A stretch of DNA of 64,000 bases from NCBI GenBank assembly GCA_047284725.1, contig JBJBEO010000001.1, positions 2,040,203 to 2,104,202 on the forward strand. The letters run 5' to 3'. The notes under the pieces were generated by a model, which saw only the letters and a program-made list of their open reading frames with translations, was not told the origin of the DNA and made no database searches. Every line of letters begins with the position of its first letter. The first letter of the stretch is position 1. The position numbers and the translations under genes are program-made. This stretch comes from Synechococcus sp. Lineage in GTDB: Bacteria; Cyanobacteriota; Cyanobacteriia; PCC-6307; Cyanobiaceae. Below, piece by piece: positions 42,185 to 52,741 of the stretch.

Positions 42185-43078
42185 TCAAGCCTGGAAGGCG
42201 GCCAGCTGACTGGCCAGCTCGGGAAGCAACGCTTCATCGGCAGCGCAGACAGGCCCTTCCGTGAATGCCACCAGCAACATGGGATGCCGTTCCTGCGGAA
42301 GCCACCAGGCGGCATCATGCCGGGCTTGACTCATCCACCCAGCCTTGCTCCACAGCCTGCTGCCCTCGGGCAAACCAGCACCCAGAAATCCATCCACCTG
42401 ATTCTCAGGATCAGCAGAGCGCTGTTCAGCATCCAGCGAGCGATCCAACAGATCACGCAGGCGTTTGCAGGCAGGGGGGGAGAGCACCGCATCGGTCATC
42501 ACAGCTTCAAGGAGCCGCGCTGTGGCCGCCGTGCTCAGGGCGTTGCGGTTGTCAAGGTCCGCTCCGTAAAAATCGCGTTCCCTGCCATAGGGACCTTCAC
42601 CCCAGGTTTTCTGACAGCAGTTCACTGCGGCCAGTTCGGGCCAGCCAAGGGTCTGCAGCCAGTCATTCACCAGCCGGCGTTGCCGCTGCCACAACAACCA
42701 AGCCTCACCCTGCAGGGTGGGACCACTTGTTGTGCCCGTCAGCAGATCCACCAGCAGGGCGGTGGCGTCGTTCCCTGAATCGGCGATCATGTCGCGCAAG
42801 GCCCGGCGCAGTTCCTCCCCCTCAGGAAGCAGATCCCGTTGCAGCCAGGCCTCCACAGCCACGGCATAAAAAAGCTTCACCACGCTGGCGGGATACATCA
42901 AACGCTGCTCAGCCCAGGCAGCCCCCCACCCTTGTCCAGCAACCGGATCGGGCTGGTCGTAGCGAACCCAGGTGATGGCGATGCGCTCCAGCAGCCCCTC
43001 CCGCCCTTGCGCCGCCAGACGCCTGAGCTGAAGCGCCAGATACTCCTGCATGACCTGGTCGGGGCGGTAGAACGCCAT
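42185..43078 (-). CDS. Serine hydrolase, class A beta-lactamase/PBP-like
   Basis: SxxK (ASVVK), SGN, KAG motifs. Confidence 0.85.
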   Translation of the reverse strand: MAFYRPDQVMQEYLALQLRRLAAQGREGLLERIAITWVRYDQPDPVAGQGWGAAWAEQRLMYPASVVKLFYAVAVEAWLQRDLLPEGEELRRALRDMIADSGNDATALLVDLLTGTTSGPTLQGEAWLLWQRQRRLVNDWLQTLGWPELAAVNCCQKTWGEGPYGRERDFYGADLDNRNALSTAATARLLEAVMTDAVLSPPACKRLRDLLDRSLDAEQRSADPENQVDGFLGAGLPEGSRLWSKAGWMSQARHDAAWWLPQERHPMLLVAFTEGPVCAADEALLPELASQLAAFQA

Positions 43079-43095
43079 GGCACTGGCATCGAGCA

Positions 43096-43827
43096 ATGCC
43101 GACCCTAGGCACACCTCTCTCTCCGGAACTCCTGCAACCTGGCAGCGTCTGGGCCCTCTCCACTGCCGTCAACGGATACGCGAGGGTCACGGGCACGGGG
43201 CTGGCTACCCAAGCAGCGACAGGCCGTCGCTTTGAAGTGCTGAGCCCCCTTGACCAAGGCCGCGTGCACGTTCGCCTGCAGGAAGACGGCTACCCATGCT
43301 GGCTGGACGTGGCGGATGTGATCGGCCATGCCACCGCCAGCCCCCATTGGAGACCCCGGCTGCTGGACAGCGCAAGCATCACGGCTCGACTGCCAGGGGT
43401 GCTGGACTGGGTGGCGGCGGCGGCCGCACAAGACAACACCTACCTCTGGGGAGGAAGCCTGGGGCCGAATCTCGACTGCTCGGGACTGGTGCAAACCGCC
43501 TTTGCCAGCCAGGGGATCTGGATCCCACGCGATGCCTACCAGCAGGAGCGGTTCTGCAGGCCTGTCGGGGTCTACCCAGGCAATGACAGCCTGCTGCGAC
43601 CGGGAGATCTGCTGTTCTTCGGCACCGCGAAACGGTGTACCCATGTGGCCATCCATCAAGAAGGGGGCATCTACTGGCACAGCTCCGGCCGGGAGCATGG
43701 TCGCAACGGCATCGGCAGCGACAGCATCCACCCCCGTGACCAGCATCCGGTCGCCTGTCATTACCGATCAGAATTACGGGGAGCGGGCAGGGTCGAGCGC
43801 TGCCATGACGGCACCACCCTGGAGTGA
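43096..43827 (+). CDS. NlpC/P60 (C40) cell-wall peptidase
   Basis: YLWGG, DCSGL, PRDAYQQ, PGDLLFF, THVAI. Confidence 0.9.
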   Translation: MPTLGTPLSPELLQPGSVWALSTAVNGYARVTGTGLATQAATGRRFEVLSPLDQGRVHVRLQEDGYPCWLDVADVIGHATASPHWRPRLLDSASITARLPGVLDWVAAAAAQDNTYLWGGSLGPNLDCSGLVQTAFASQGIWIPRDAYQQERFCRPVGVYPGNDSLLRPGDLLFFGTAKRCTHVAIHQEGGIYWHSSGREHGRNGIGSDSIHPRDQHPVACHYRSELRGAGRVERCHDGTTLE

Positions 43828-43872
43828 TCAGTCTCTGTGGGCCTAAGTTGCCCTCACTGATCCAACGATGGG

Positions 43873-44847
43873 ATGGTCCCCACCCCCGCCTCCACACTTG
43901 ATCTTTCGGTGGTGGTCCCCCTCTACAACGAGGAGGAGAGCCTGCCGGAATTGGTGGAACAGCTGCTGAAGGCCCTGCGACCGACCGGAGAACGGTTCGA
44001 GCTGGTCTTGGTGAATGACGGGTCCAGCGACCGCACCGCCGAGGTCCTCGAACGACTGAGTATCGACGTGCCTGAACTGGTGGGCGTGCTGCTGCGCAAA
44101 AACTATGGCCAGACGGCAGCGATGGCGGCTGGATTTGATGTGGCCGGAGGTGAGGTGATTGTGAGCCTCGATGGCGATCTGCAGAACGACCCCGCCGACA
44201 TTCCTCTGCTGCTTTCAACCCTGCGAGAGGGCTATGACCTTGTCAGTGGTTGGCGCCATCAACGCCAGGATGCGGCGCTGCAACGCAAGCTCCCCTCCAG
44301 AATCGCCAACCGGCTCATCGGCAGGGTCACAGGCGTTCGCCTCCACGACTATGGCTGCTCTCTGAAGGCCTATCGAAAGGAGGTACTGGCGGATATGCGG
44401 CTCTACGGAGAACTGCATCGCTTCCTGCCAGCACTTGCGTTCATCGAGGGCGCTCGGATCACCGAAGTGCAGGTGAACCACCGGGCAAGGCAATACGGCC
44501 AAAGCAAGTACGGCATCGACCGCACCTTCCGCGTGCTGATGGATCTGCTCACGGTCTGGTTCATGAAACGCTTCCTGACCCGGCCGATGTATGTGTTCGG
44601 GTTCGGAGGGCTGCTGGCGATTGCTGGCAGTCTGCTGACCAGCACCTACCTCCTGGCCATCAAGCTTGGAGGCGCGGAGATCGGAAACCGCCCCCTTCTG
44701 ACCCTGGCCGTGGTCCTTGGCCTGGCCGGCATTCAGCTGTTCTGCTTCGGACTGCTCGGAGAACTGCTGATCCGCACCTATCACGAAAGTCAGGATCGGC
44801 CGATTTACCGCATCCGGGCCACGTTGCGTGGCGGTCGCGCGACCTGA
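43873..44847 (+). CDS. Glycosyltransferase family 2 (ArnC/DPM1-like)
   Basis: VVPLYNEEE, NDGSSD, NYGQTAA, DGDLQNDP, C-terminal TM helices. Confidence 0.9.
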   Translation: MVPTPASTLDLSVVVPLYNEEESLPELVEQLLKALRPTGERFELVLVNDGSSDRTAEVLERLSIDVPELVGVLLRKNYGQTAAMAAGFDVAGGEVIVSLDGDLQNDPADIPLLLSTLREGYDLVSGWRHQRQDAALQRKLPSRIANRLIGRVTGVRLHDYGCSLKAYRKEVLADMRLYGELHRFLPALAFIEGARITEVQVNHRARQYGQSKYGIDRTFRVLMDLLTVWFMKRFLTRPMYVFGFGGLLAIAGSLLTSTYLLAIKLGGAEIGNRPLLTLAVVLGLAGIQLFCFGLLGELLIRTYHESQDRPIYRIRATLRGGRAT

Positions 44848-45275
44848 GGAGCCGGGGGGCACGTCGCACCACGGCGATTCTCGAGCGCCGACGCTGCAGC
44901 TTCGACAACACGGCTGTCTGAATCCCGCAACCCGCGGCGAAGCAGGTCGAGCACAGACCGATGCCCCCATTCCCCCGCAACGATCACGGCCTCAAGACGC
45001 TGATCGGGACCTGAGCGCATGGCCTGGCGCAGGCAGCGCTCGAGCGAGAGGCGTTCCGCCGTGGTCGCAGGAGGAGTCCATGCCCCATCGGACTCTCTGC
45101 TCGCCTCCACAGCTGCCACCGCTTGCTGCACCAGCTCCACCTGGGCTCGATTCAAGGCGACAACACGCGAGACATCGATGCTGCGCAGAACGGTCTTGCC
45201 GGGCCGGCGACTGACCGCAACGAGCACAGCCGTGAGCACCACAGCTGCCGCACCACCGATATAAGCCTGGGACAT
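44805..45275 (-). CDS. HEAT-repeat membrane-anchored protein
   Basis: N-terminal hydrophobic segment; LLRRGLRDSDSRVVEAAA HEAT-like repeat; 43-nt convergent overlap with the GT2 gene. Confidence 0.65.
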   Translation of the reverse strand: MSQAYIGGAAAVVLTAVLVAVSRRPGKTVLRSIDVSRVVALNRAQVELVQQAVAAVEASRESDGAWTPPATTAERLSLERCLRQAMRSGPDQRLEAVIVAGEWGHRSVLDLLRRGLRDSDSRVVEAAASALENRRGATCPPAPQVARPPRNVARMR

Positions 45276-45393
45276 CACGACATTGGCCCGAGATCGGACC
45301 AGCTGGATTGAACTTTTATGTCGCCGGGAATCCCGTGAAAGGGTAAGCCCAGCAAGGCGACTCTAAAATCCCATCGACACCCTGGGCTTGATC

Positions 45394-45510
45394 ATGACTG
45401 GAGATTTTGCAGCAGCTTGGCTGCCTGTGATGTTCGTGCCGATGATCGGAATCGTGTTCCCGGCAGTCTTCATTGTTCTGGTTGGTCGTGCGATCACCGC
45501 TGCCGAATAA
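45394..45510 (+). CDS. psaI: Photosystem I subunit VIII (not in the ORF track)
   Basis: Read directly: MTGDFAAAWLPVMFVPMIGIVFPAVFIVLVGRAITAAE*; immediately before psaL. Confidence 0.92.
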   Translation: MTGDFAAAWLPVMFVPMIGIVFPAVFIVLVGRAITAAE

Positions 45511-45563
45511 GCGCTCGCACTCGCATCTGAAGAGAAACCTCTGATCCAAGCCATCACACTTCC

Positions 45564-46055
45564 ATGACAGTCACCCCTCCCTCCGATCCCTGCGTCGGCA
45601 ACCTCGCCACTCCCGTGAACAGCGGGTATTTCATGAAGTGGCTGATCAACAACCTGCCCTTCTACCGCCAAGGGATTTCACCCAACTTCCGGGGAATCGA
45701 AACAGGTGCTGCCTTCGGCTACCTGCTCTATGGCCCCTACACCATCTGCGGCCCTCTCCGGAACACCGAGTACTCCGCCACAGCAGGCCTGCTCGCCGCC
45801 ATCGGCGCCGTGCATCTCCTGACCCTCCTGTTCCTTCTGTACAACCAGCCTGGCAAGCAGCCGCACGTTCCCCCGTCAGACGTCACTGTGGAGAACCCTC
45901 CCGCTGACCTGTTCACCCGCAACGGCTGGTCTGAGTTCACCAGCGGTTTCTGGCTCGGCGGTTGCGGTGGTGCCGTCTTTGCCTGGCTGCTCTGCGACAC
46001 GCTGCACGTTCAGGATCTTGTCAAAGTGGCTGCCGGAGTTTGGAGCGTCAGCTGA
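45564..46055 (+). CDS. psaL: Photosystem I subunit XI
   Basis: [43 protein letters not shown]. Confidence 0.96.
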   Translation: MTVTPPSDPCVGNLATPVNSGYFMKWLINNLPFYRQGISPNFRGIETGAAFGYLLYGPYTICGPLRNTEYSATAGLLAAIGAVHLLTLLFLLYNQPGKQPHVPPSDVTVENPPADLFTRNGWSEFTSGFWLGGCGGAVFAWLLCDTLHVQDLVKVAAGVWSVS

Positions 46056-46124
46056 ATCGAACTGAAAGGACGGTGGTCTAAACAACGTCCTGGACCGCTG
46101 ACCTCAGAGCTCTTCAAGGATTCC

Positions 46125-46156
46125 GCCCCTGGTGCCATCACGCACCGGGGGCTTTT
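46125..46156 (+). terminator. Intrinsic terminator after psaL
   Basis: GCCCCTGGTGC-CATCAC-GCACCGGGGGC followed by TTTT. Confidence 0.65.
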
Positions 46157-46175
46157 CACTGTCAGGATCTGATCA

Positions 46176-49100
46176 TTGTCTCGGTCTCAGTCACCGACGG
46201 TGCGATCGATCTCGCGTCCATTTCTGCGCCGCCCTGTCTTCACTGTGGTCTGCAGCCTGCTTGTGCTGCTGGCCGGCCTCGTCTCACTGGCAGGACTTGG
46301 GCTGGAGGATCTGCCGCAGCTGGCACCGACACGGGTCAGCGTGCGTGCCACGTTCCCGGCCGCCGGCCCGGAAGTGATCGAACAGAGCGTGACCTCCATT
46401 CTGGAGCAGCAACTCAGCGGGCTCGAGGGCCTGGAGAGCATGAGCTCCAACAGTCGTCAAGGCGGGGCAAGCATCAGCCTGCGCTTCGAGGACGGCGATC
46501 CAGAGATCAATGCCATCAAGGTGCAGAACGAAGTGAACCTGGCCACACGCCGACTGCCGCAGGCGGTCAGCCGCCAGGGGCTCACGGTTCGTCGCTCCTC
46601 CGATGACATTCTGCTGATCCTGGGATTCAGCGCCCCTCAGAATCTGTATGCACCGACATTCATCGGCGGCTGGCTTGACCAGAACCTCCGCAACGCCTTG
46701 CGGAGCACTCCGGGTGTCGGCGATATCCGAATCTTCGGGAGCAGCGATCTGGCCTTCCGGCTGTGGCTCGATCCTCAGAAGCTGGAACAGTTCGGGCTGA
46801 CCACGAACGATGTGGTCAGCGCCCTGGGTGAACAGAATGTTCTGGCCGCGATCGGCCGGCTCGGTGAAGCACCGGCCAGACCCGGTCAGGTGTTCAGCCT
46901 GCCGGTGGAGGCAGAAGGTCGACTGCGGAGCCGACGCGACTTCGAAGCCATGATCGTCAGCCGCACCAGCAGCGGTGGGTTGATCAGGCTCAGCGATGTG
47001 GGCCGCGTGGAGCTGGGCAAGACCAGTTACGGCAGCAGCGCCCTGAACCTTCAGGGCGAACGCACGGTGGCGGTTGGGATCTACCAGCGCGATGGCGCCA
47101 ATGCCCTGGCCGTGAGCCGCGCTGTCAACCAGGCGTTGAAGCAACTGGAAACCAGCTTCCCGCCTGGACTCGCCATGCAGGAGATCGTGGATGTGGCAGA
47201 CACCGTCCAGGCCAACCTCGATCGCACGACCGCCACCCTGCGGGATGCCGTGGTGTTGGTGCTGGTTGTGCTGTTGCTGTTTCTGGGCCGGTGGAGGCTG
47301 GCATTGATCCCGGGTCTTGCCGTTCCCGTAGCCCTGATCGGCAGCCTGAGCCTGGTCAAGCTCAGTGGCTCCAACATCAACAGCCTGATCTTGTTTGGCC
47401 TGGTCATGGCCACCGGCATCGTGGTGGATGACGCGATCGTGGTGAGCGAAGATATTGCAGGGCGGATCGAGAAAGGGGCTGACCCGCAGAGCGCTGCCGA
47501 AAACGCCATGGTCGAGCTTGGTGGGGCTGTGGTCGCCACCTCTCTGGTCCTTGCGGCGGTGTTTGTCCCCGTCCTGCTGATTCCCGGTTCCATCGGTCGG
47601 TTGTACGAACCGATCGCCCTGGCGATCAGTGGCGCGATTCTCTTCTCCACGTTCAACGCACTCACCTTCACGCCGATGGCCTGCGCCAGGGTGCTGGGCC
47701 CCGGTGGTGGACGTCTGCCCGGTCCAGTGCGACGCCTGAGTGAAGGACTGCGCAAGGGAATGGGAATACTGCAGGCCCGATACAACGTGATCCTCACGAT
47801 CTGGCTTCGCAAACAACGCCTGATGCTGGCGTTGCTGCTGAGTGGTCTTGTGATCACAGGGCTCAGCCTTGCGGTGATGCCAACGGCCTTCATCCCCGAT
47901 GAAGACCAGGGCCAGGTGCGTGGTTATTTCACGCTCGCGGATGGCGCCAGTCTGGAACGTACCGAAGCCGTGATGGAAGCGATCCGGAAGACCGTCGCTG
48001 AGGAATCCCTGGTGCGCACAGGCAATTTCTACGCGGGGAGTTCGTTTGGACAGAGCGGTGAAAACACCGGATCGTTCTATCTGCGCCTGAACCCTCAACG
48101 GGAACGGCGAGGACCTGGCCAGAGCAGCGAAGCGGTGAAGGACCGCCTGAACGCAACCCTTCGCGACAGGATCAATGACGCCAGGGTGATCGTCACGACA
48201 CCGGCCACCGTGCGAGGCTTCAGCAGTGAATCGGGACTGCAGATGCAGCTGCTCGATCGCAGTGGAGGACAGCTGAGCCTCGAGGAGTTTGAGCAGCAGG
48301 CACAGCGCTTCATCCAGGCAGCCCAGTCAACAGGTCTGTTCGAACGCGTGGGCACACGGTTCGATGCCACCTCACCTCGCTGGAAGCTTGACATCGATCG
48401 GGATCAGATGGCGGCACTCGACCTTCCTCTGGAGCGGACCCTACGGGACATCGGCACCGCCATCGGCGGGCGATACATCGATGACACGTTCGAGGGGGGC
48501 CGGATTCGAACGATCTACGTGCAGCTGGAGGGCAGCGAACGCTCTGAACCCTCCGACCTCACCAGCCTGATGGTGCGCAATCGTCAGGGAGAACTGGTGA
48601 GCATCAGCAATGTGATCCGGGTCTCCAGGGCGGAAGGGGCCAGCAGCATCGCCCACTACAACCAGGATCGATCGATCAGCATCACAGCCATCACGGCCGA
48701 CGGCGTCAGCACAGGGCAAGCGATCGACCGCCTGGAGTCAATGGCCAGAGACGAGACAGGGACCAATCTGGGACTGAGCTTCACAGGACTGGCCAAGGAG
48801 GAGACACGGGCCGAACGGATGTCATGGATTCTGTTCAGCCTTGGCCTGATCGTGGTGTATCTGCTTCTGGCGGGCCTGTACGAGAGTTTCCTGGATCCTC
48901 TGATCATTCTGCTGACCGTGCCCCTCGCCCTTCTGGGAGCGGTGATCGGTCTGAAGCTCAGGGGGCTGCCCCTGGATGTCTACGGACAGATGGGCCTACT
49001 GGTGCTGGTGAGCCTGGCGGCGAAGAACGGAATCCTGATTGTGGAATTTGCCAATCAACGGGTGGCCCAGGGAATGGAGCGCGCGGCAGCGATTCGCGCG

Positions 49101-49334
49101 GCGGCCGTGAATCGGATGCGGCCGATTCTGCTGACGGCGGTCACATCTCTGGCGGGATTCCTGCCACTTCTGCTCGCCAGCGGCAGTGGATCAGCCAGCC
49201 GCATCAGTATCGGCACCGTGGTGTTCAGCGGACTGCTGATCTCCACCCTGCTGTCACTGTTCCTGGTTCCAGGCATGTATCTGCTGCTGAAAAGCGCCTT
49301 CGAGCCGCAAGCACAACAGACCGGGAAAGGGTGA
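46176..49334 (+). CDS. RND efflux transporter permease (AcrB/HAE1 family)
   Basis: 1052 aa; FLRRPVF N-terminus, GIVVDDAIVV (proton-relay DD), AAKNGILIVEF, RMRPILLT. Confidence 0.93.
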   Translation: MSRSQSPTVRSISRPFLRRPVFTVVCSLLVLLAGLVSLAGLGLEDLPQLAPTRVSVRATFPAAGPEVIEQSVTSILEQQLSGLEGLESMSSNSRQGGASISLRFEDGDPEINAIKVQNEVNLATRRLPQAVSRQGLTVRRSSDDILLILGFSAPQNLYAPTFIGGWLDQNLRNALRSTPGVGDIRIFGSSDLAFRLWLDPQKLEQFGLTTNDVVSALGEQNVLAAIGRLGEAPARPGQVFSLPVEAEGRLRSRRDFEAMIVSRTSSGGLIRLSDVGRVELGKTSYGSSALNLQGERTVAVGIYQRDGANALAVSRAVNQALKQLETSFPPGLAMQEIVDVADTVQANLDRTTATLRDAVVLVLVVLLLFLGRWRLALIPGLAVPVALIGSLSLVKLSGSNINSLILFGLVMATGIVVDDAIVVSEDIAGRIEKGADPQSAAENAMVELGGAVVATSLVLAAVFVPVLLIPGSIGRLYEPIALAISGAILFSTFNALTFTPMACARVLGPGGGRLPGPVRRLSEGLRKGMGILQARYNVILTIWLRKQRLMLALLLSGLVITGLSLAVMPTAFIPDEDQGQVRGYFTLADGASLERTEAVMEAIRKTVAEESLVRTGNFYAGSSFGQSGENTGSFYLRLNPQRERRGPGQSSEAVKDRLNATLRDRINDARVIVTTPATVRGFSSESGLQMQLLDRSGGQLSLEEFEQQAQRFIQAAQSTGLFERVGTRFDATSPRWKLDIDRDQMAALDLPLERTLRDIGTAIGGRYIDDTFEGGRIRTIYVQLEGSERSEPSDLTSLMVRNRQGELVSISNVIRVSRAEGASSIAHYNQDRSISITAITADGVSTGQAIDRLESMARDETGTNLGLSFTGLAKEETRAERMSWILFSLGLIVVYLLLAGLYESFLDPLIILLTVPLALLGAVIGLKLRGLPLDVYGQMGLLVLVSLAAKNGILIVEFANQRVAQGMERAAAIRAAAVNRMRPILLTAVTSLAGFLPLLLASGSGSASRISIGTVVFSGLLISTLLSLFLVPGMYLLLKSAFEPQAQQTGKG

Positions 49335-49417
49335 TCTCTGAACACAGGCTGCAACAGTCGCCCCCCTAAGGTGTCGATCCGATCTCACGCGTCGCACGGT
49401 TACCAACGGCCTGAGCC

Positions 49418-50380
49418 ATGACCCTTACGCCTACTCCGACTTCTCACAGCAGCGAACAGGCTCAGTTCTTTGACTACGGATCCGCTGCCAATCCGCTTCA
49501 GAAAGGTCTGATCAGCCGGATTCCTTACCGCAGCTTCTCGGCGGATTTCTTTGATGGACAGGGTTGCAAGGTGCACCCGCTTGACCTGAGTGCTGAGCTG
49601 CAATGCGAGGGTCCGGCGACAGGTCCTTCACTCTGCGCGAACTTCATCCGTCTTGATGCCGGAAGCCTGCGCACCAGTGCCGACGCCACAAGCCAGCTGT
49701 TCTTCGTTGCGCGAGGCTCGGGCCAGAGCACGGTCTGTAGACGAACATTCCATTGGTGCGAGGGCGACACCTTCGTGGTGCCTGCGGGCGGTGACGCCGT
49801 TCACAGCAGTGAAGGACTTGCAGGCTTGTACTGGGTGCATGATGCTCCCCTGCTGCGTTACCTCGGTGTCAGCACCGTCAAGCCGGTGTTTGAACCCTGT
49901 TTTTACAGCCACCGCGATGCCCGGGCGGAACTGGCGGCAATCGCCAGCAATCCCCGTGGCGCCAATGCCAATCGGGTGAGCGTGCTGCTGGGGAACAATG
50001 CCTTCCCCCAGACCCGCACCGTCACCCACACACTCTGGGCGATGCTCGGAATCCTGCCTGCCGGTCAGATCCAGCGACCGCACCGTCATCAGTCAATCGC
50101 CCTTGATTTTGCTGTGGCCTGCAGCCCTGGCTGTTACACCATGATCGGCACCGAGCTCGACGAGAACGGACTGATCCGCAACGGCCATCGTGAGGACTGG
50201 GTCGCGGGGGCTGCGTTTGTAACGCCCCCCGGCTACTGGCACTCCCACCACAACGAGTCCGGTGCCGATGCCTACGTTCTGCCGATTCAGGATGCAGGAC
50301 TGCACACCTATCTGCGCACGCTCGACATCGCCTTCAGCAAAAGCGGCGGCACACTGAACACTCTCAGCCTCGATCCCTGA
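49418..50380 (+). CDS. Bicupin, gentisate 1,2-dioxygenase-like
   Basis: Two cupin repeats; C-terminal QRPHRHQS and FVTPPGYWHSHHN, QDAGL. Confidence 0.7.
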   Translation: MTLTPTPTSHSSEQAQFFDYGSAANPLQKGLISRIPYRSFSADFFDGQGCKVHPLDLSAELQCEGPATGPSLCANFIRLDAGSLRTSADATSQLFFVARGSGQSTVCRRTFHWCEGDTFVVPAGGDAVHSSEGLAGLYWVHDAPLLRYLGVSTVKPVFEPCFYSHRDARAELAAIASNPRGANANRVSVLLGNNAFPQTRTVTHTLWAMLGILPAGQIQRPHRHQSIALDFAVACSPGCYTMIGTELDENGLIRNGHREDWVAGAAFVTPPGYWHSHHNESGADAYVLPIQDAGLHTYLRTLDIAFSKSGGTLNTLSLDP

Positions 50381-50433
50381 ATCCATCCCCCCTGATCTGA
50401 AGCAGTCAACGACCAGCGGCCATCCATCGCCAT

Positions 50434-50464
50434 AAAAAACCCCCGTCCGTTGATCGGACGGGGG
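50434..50464 (-). terminator. psaAB terminator
   Basis: Minus strand CCCCCGTCCG-ATCAA-CGGACGGGGG followed by TTTTTT. Confidence 0.8.
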
Positions 50465-50505
50465 GAGGAACGACTCTTGACGAATCGAACGGCCTGAACG
50501 TTGTC

Positions 50506-52719
50506 CTAGCCGAACTTGCCTGAGGTGGAGGCGATCAGGAAGGCCGCATACGTGAGCACGTAGCCAACCGAGAAGTGTGCAAGACCCACAACACGAGCCT
50601 GAACAATGGAGAGAGCCACAGGCTTGTCACGCCATCCCATCATGTTGGCGATGGGGCTGCGCTGGTGAGCCCACACGATGGTCTCGATGAGCTCCTGCCA
50701 GTAGCCACGCCAGGAAATGAGGAACATGAAGCCGGTTGCCCAGACCAGGTGACCGAACAGGAACATCCAGGACCAGACGGCCAGGTTGTTGCTGCCGAAG
50801 GGGTTGTAGCCGTTGATCAACTGCGAGCTGTTGAGCCAGAGGTAATCACGGAACCAACCCATCAGGTAGGTGCTGGATTCGTTGAACTGAGCAACGTTGC
50901 CCTGCCAGATGGCGAGGTGCTTCCAGTGCCAGTAGAAGGTCAGCCAACCCACCGTGTTCAGGGCCCAGAAGACAGCCAGATAGAAGGCGTCCCAGGCAGA
51001 GATGTCACAGGTGCCGCCACGGCCAGGGCCGTCGCAGGGGAAGGAGTAACCGAAGTCCTTCTTATCGGGCATCAGCTTGGAGCCACGGGCATCCAGAGCA
51101 CCCTTGACCAGAATCAGGGTGGTGGTGTGCAGTCCGAGGGCGATGGCGTGGTGCACGAGGAAGTCACCAGGGCCGATCGGCAGGAACACATCGGTGTTGC
51201 CGTTGATGGCATCGAGCCAGTAATGCTCACCAGGGATGTTCTGGGAAGCAAGGCTTGCAGAACTAGACGCATTGGAAAGGAACACGTCCATGCCGTACAT
51301 GGCCTTACCAGAGGCGGCCTGCACGAACTGGGCGAACACAGGTTCAACCAGGATCTGCTTCTCGGGAGTACCGAAGGCAACAACCACGTCGTTGTGGACG
51401 TAGAGGCCGAGGGTATGGAATCCGAGGAAGAGGGAGACCCAGCTCAAGTGGCTGATGATCGCTTCCTTGTGCTCGAGCATCCGAGCCAGGACGTTGTCCT
51501 TGTTGGCTTCGGGGTCGTAGTCACGGATGAAGAAGATCGCACCGTGAGCAAAGGCACCGCACATCAGGGCGATGGCGATGTACTGGTGATGGGTGTACAG
51601 CGCTGCCTGAGTCGTGTAGTCCTTCGCAATGAAGGCGTACGACGGCATGGCGTACATGTGCTGAGCGACCAGGCTGGTGACAACGCCAAGGCAGGCGAGG
51701 GCAAGACCCAGCTGGAAGTGCAGGCTGTTGTTGAGGGTGTCGTAGAGACCCTTGTGACCAGCACCAAGGTCACCAGGGGTGCCCTTGGGTGGGTTGTGGG
51801 CTTCGAGGATCTCGCGGATGGAGTGACCGATACCAAAATTGGTGCGGTACATGTGACCAGCGATCACGAAGAGGCAACCGATGGCCAGATGGTGATGGGC
51901 GATGTCGGTGAGCCACAGAGCTTCGGTCTGGGGGTGGAAGCCACCCAGGAAGGTGAGGATCGCGGTGCCAGAACCTTCGGCGGTGCCAAAAATCTGACCT
52001 GTGGAGTCAGGGTTCTGGGCATACACACCCCAGTTACCGGTGAAGAAGGGCTGAAGACCTGCAGGGTGGGGCAGAACATTCAGAAAGTTGTCCCAACCAA
52101 CGTGCTGACCGCGGGATTCAGGGATGGCCACGTGAACCAGGTGACCGGCCCAAGCGATCGAGCTGAAGCCGAAGAGAACGGCGAGGTGGTGGTTGAGGCG
52201 TGATTCAGCGTTTTTGAACCATGCCAGGGAAGGACGGAACTTGGGCTGAAGGTGAAGCCAACCGGCAAACAGTGCCCAAGCCGACAGGATCATCATGAAG
52301 ATGGATCCCTGATACAGCTCGGCATTGGTGGTCATGCCGATTGTGTAGAACCAGTGATACAGGCCTGAATAGGCGATGTTCACAGGGGAGGAAGCACCCG
52401 CCTGAGTGAAGGCGTCGATAGCGCCTTGACCGAAGTGGGGATCCCAGATTGCGTGAGCGATCGGGCGAACGTGCAGGGGGTCGGCGACCCACTGCTCGAA
52501 GTTGCCCTGCCAGGCGATGTGGAACAGGTTTCCCGAAACCCAGAGGCCGATGATCGCGAGGTGACCGAAATGAGTGGAGAAGAGCTTTTGATAAAGCTTC
52601 TCCTCCGTCATTCCGTCATGGCTCTCGAAGTCGTGAGCCGTGGCGATCCCGTACCAGATGCGGCGGGTTGTCGGGTCCTGTGCCAGACCCTGGCTGAACG
52701 AAGGAAATTTCGTTGCCAT
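50506..52719 (-). CDS. psaB: Photosystem I P700 apoprotein A2
   Basis: [43 protein letters not shown]. Confidence 0.99.
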   Translation of the reverse strand: MATKFPSFSQGLAQDPTTRRIWYGIATAHDFESHDGMTEEKLYQKLFSTHFGHLAIIGLWVSGNLFHIAWQGNFEQWVADPLHVRPIAHAIWDPHFGQGAIDAFTQAGASSPVNIAYSGLYHWFYTIGMTTNAELYQGSIFMMILSAWALFAGWLHLQPKFRPSLAWFKNAESRLNHHLAVLFGFSSIAWAGHLVHVAIPESRGQHVGWDNFLNVLPHPAGLQPFFTGNWGVYAQNPDSTGQIFGTAEGSGTAILTFLGGFHPQTEALWLTDIAHHHLAIGCLFVIAGHMYRTNFGIGHSIREILEAHNPPKGTPGDLGAGHKGLYDTLNNSLHFQLGLALACLGVVTSLVAQHMYAMPSYAFIAKDYTTQAALYTHHQYIAIALMCGAFAHGAIFFIRDYDPEANKDNVLARMLEHKEAIISHLSWVSLFLGFHTLGLYVHNDVVVAFGTPEKQILVEPVFAQFVQAASGKAMYGMDVFLSNASSSASLASQNIPGEHYWLDAINGNTDVFLPIGPGDFLVHHAIALGLHTTTLILVKGALDARGSKLMPDKKDFGYSFPCDGPGRGGTCDISAWDAFYLAVFWALNTVGWLTFYWHWKHLAIWQGNVAQFNESSTYLMGWFRDYLWLNSSQLINGYNPFGSNNLAVWSWMFLFGHLVWATGFMFLISWRGYWQELIETIVWAHQRSPIANMMGWRDKPVALSIVQARVVGLAHFSVGYVLTYAAFLIASTSGKFG

Positions 52720-52741
52720 TAGAGGGAAAGGTCAGGAGAGG

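Noticed and set aside
46284..48098. 604-aa ORF antisense to the RND gene
   Set aside because: High-GC antisense shadow with no recognisable domain.
50575..52203. 542-aa ORF antisense to psaB (and similar ORFs opposite psaA)
   Set aside because: Shadow frame produced by strong codon bias of a highly expressed gene; no motifs.
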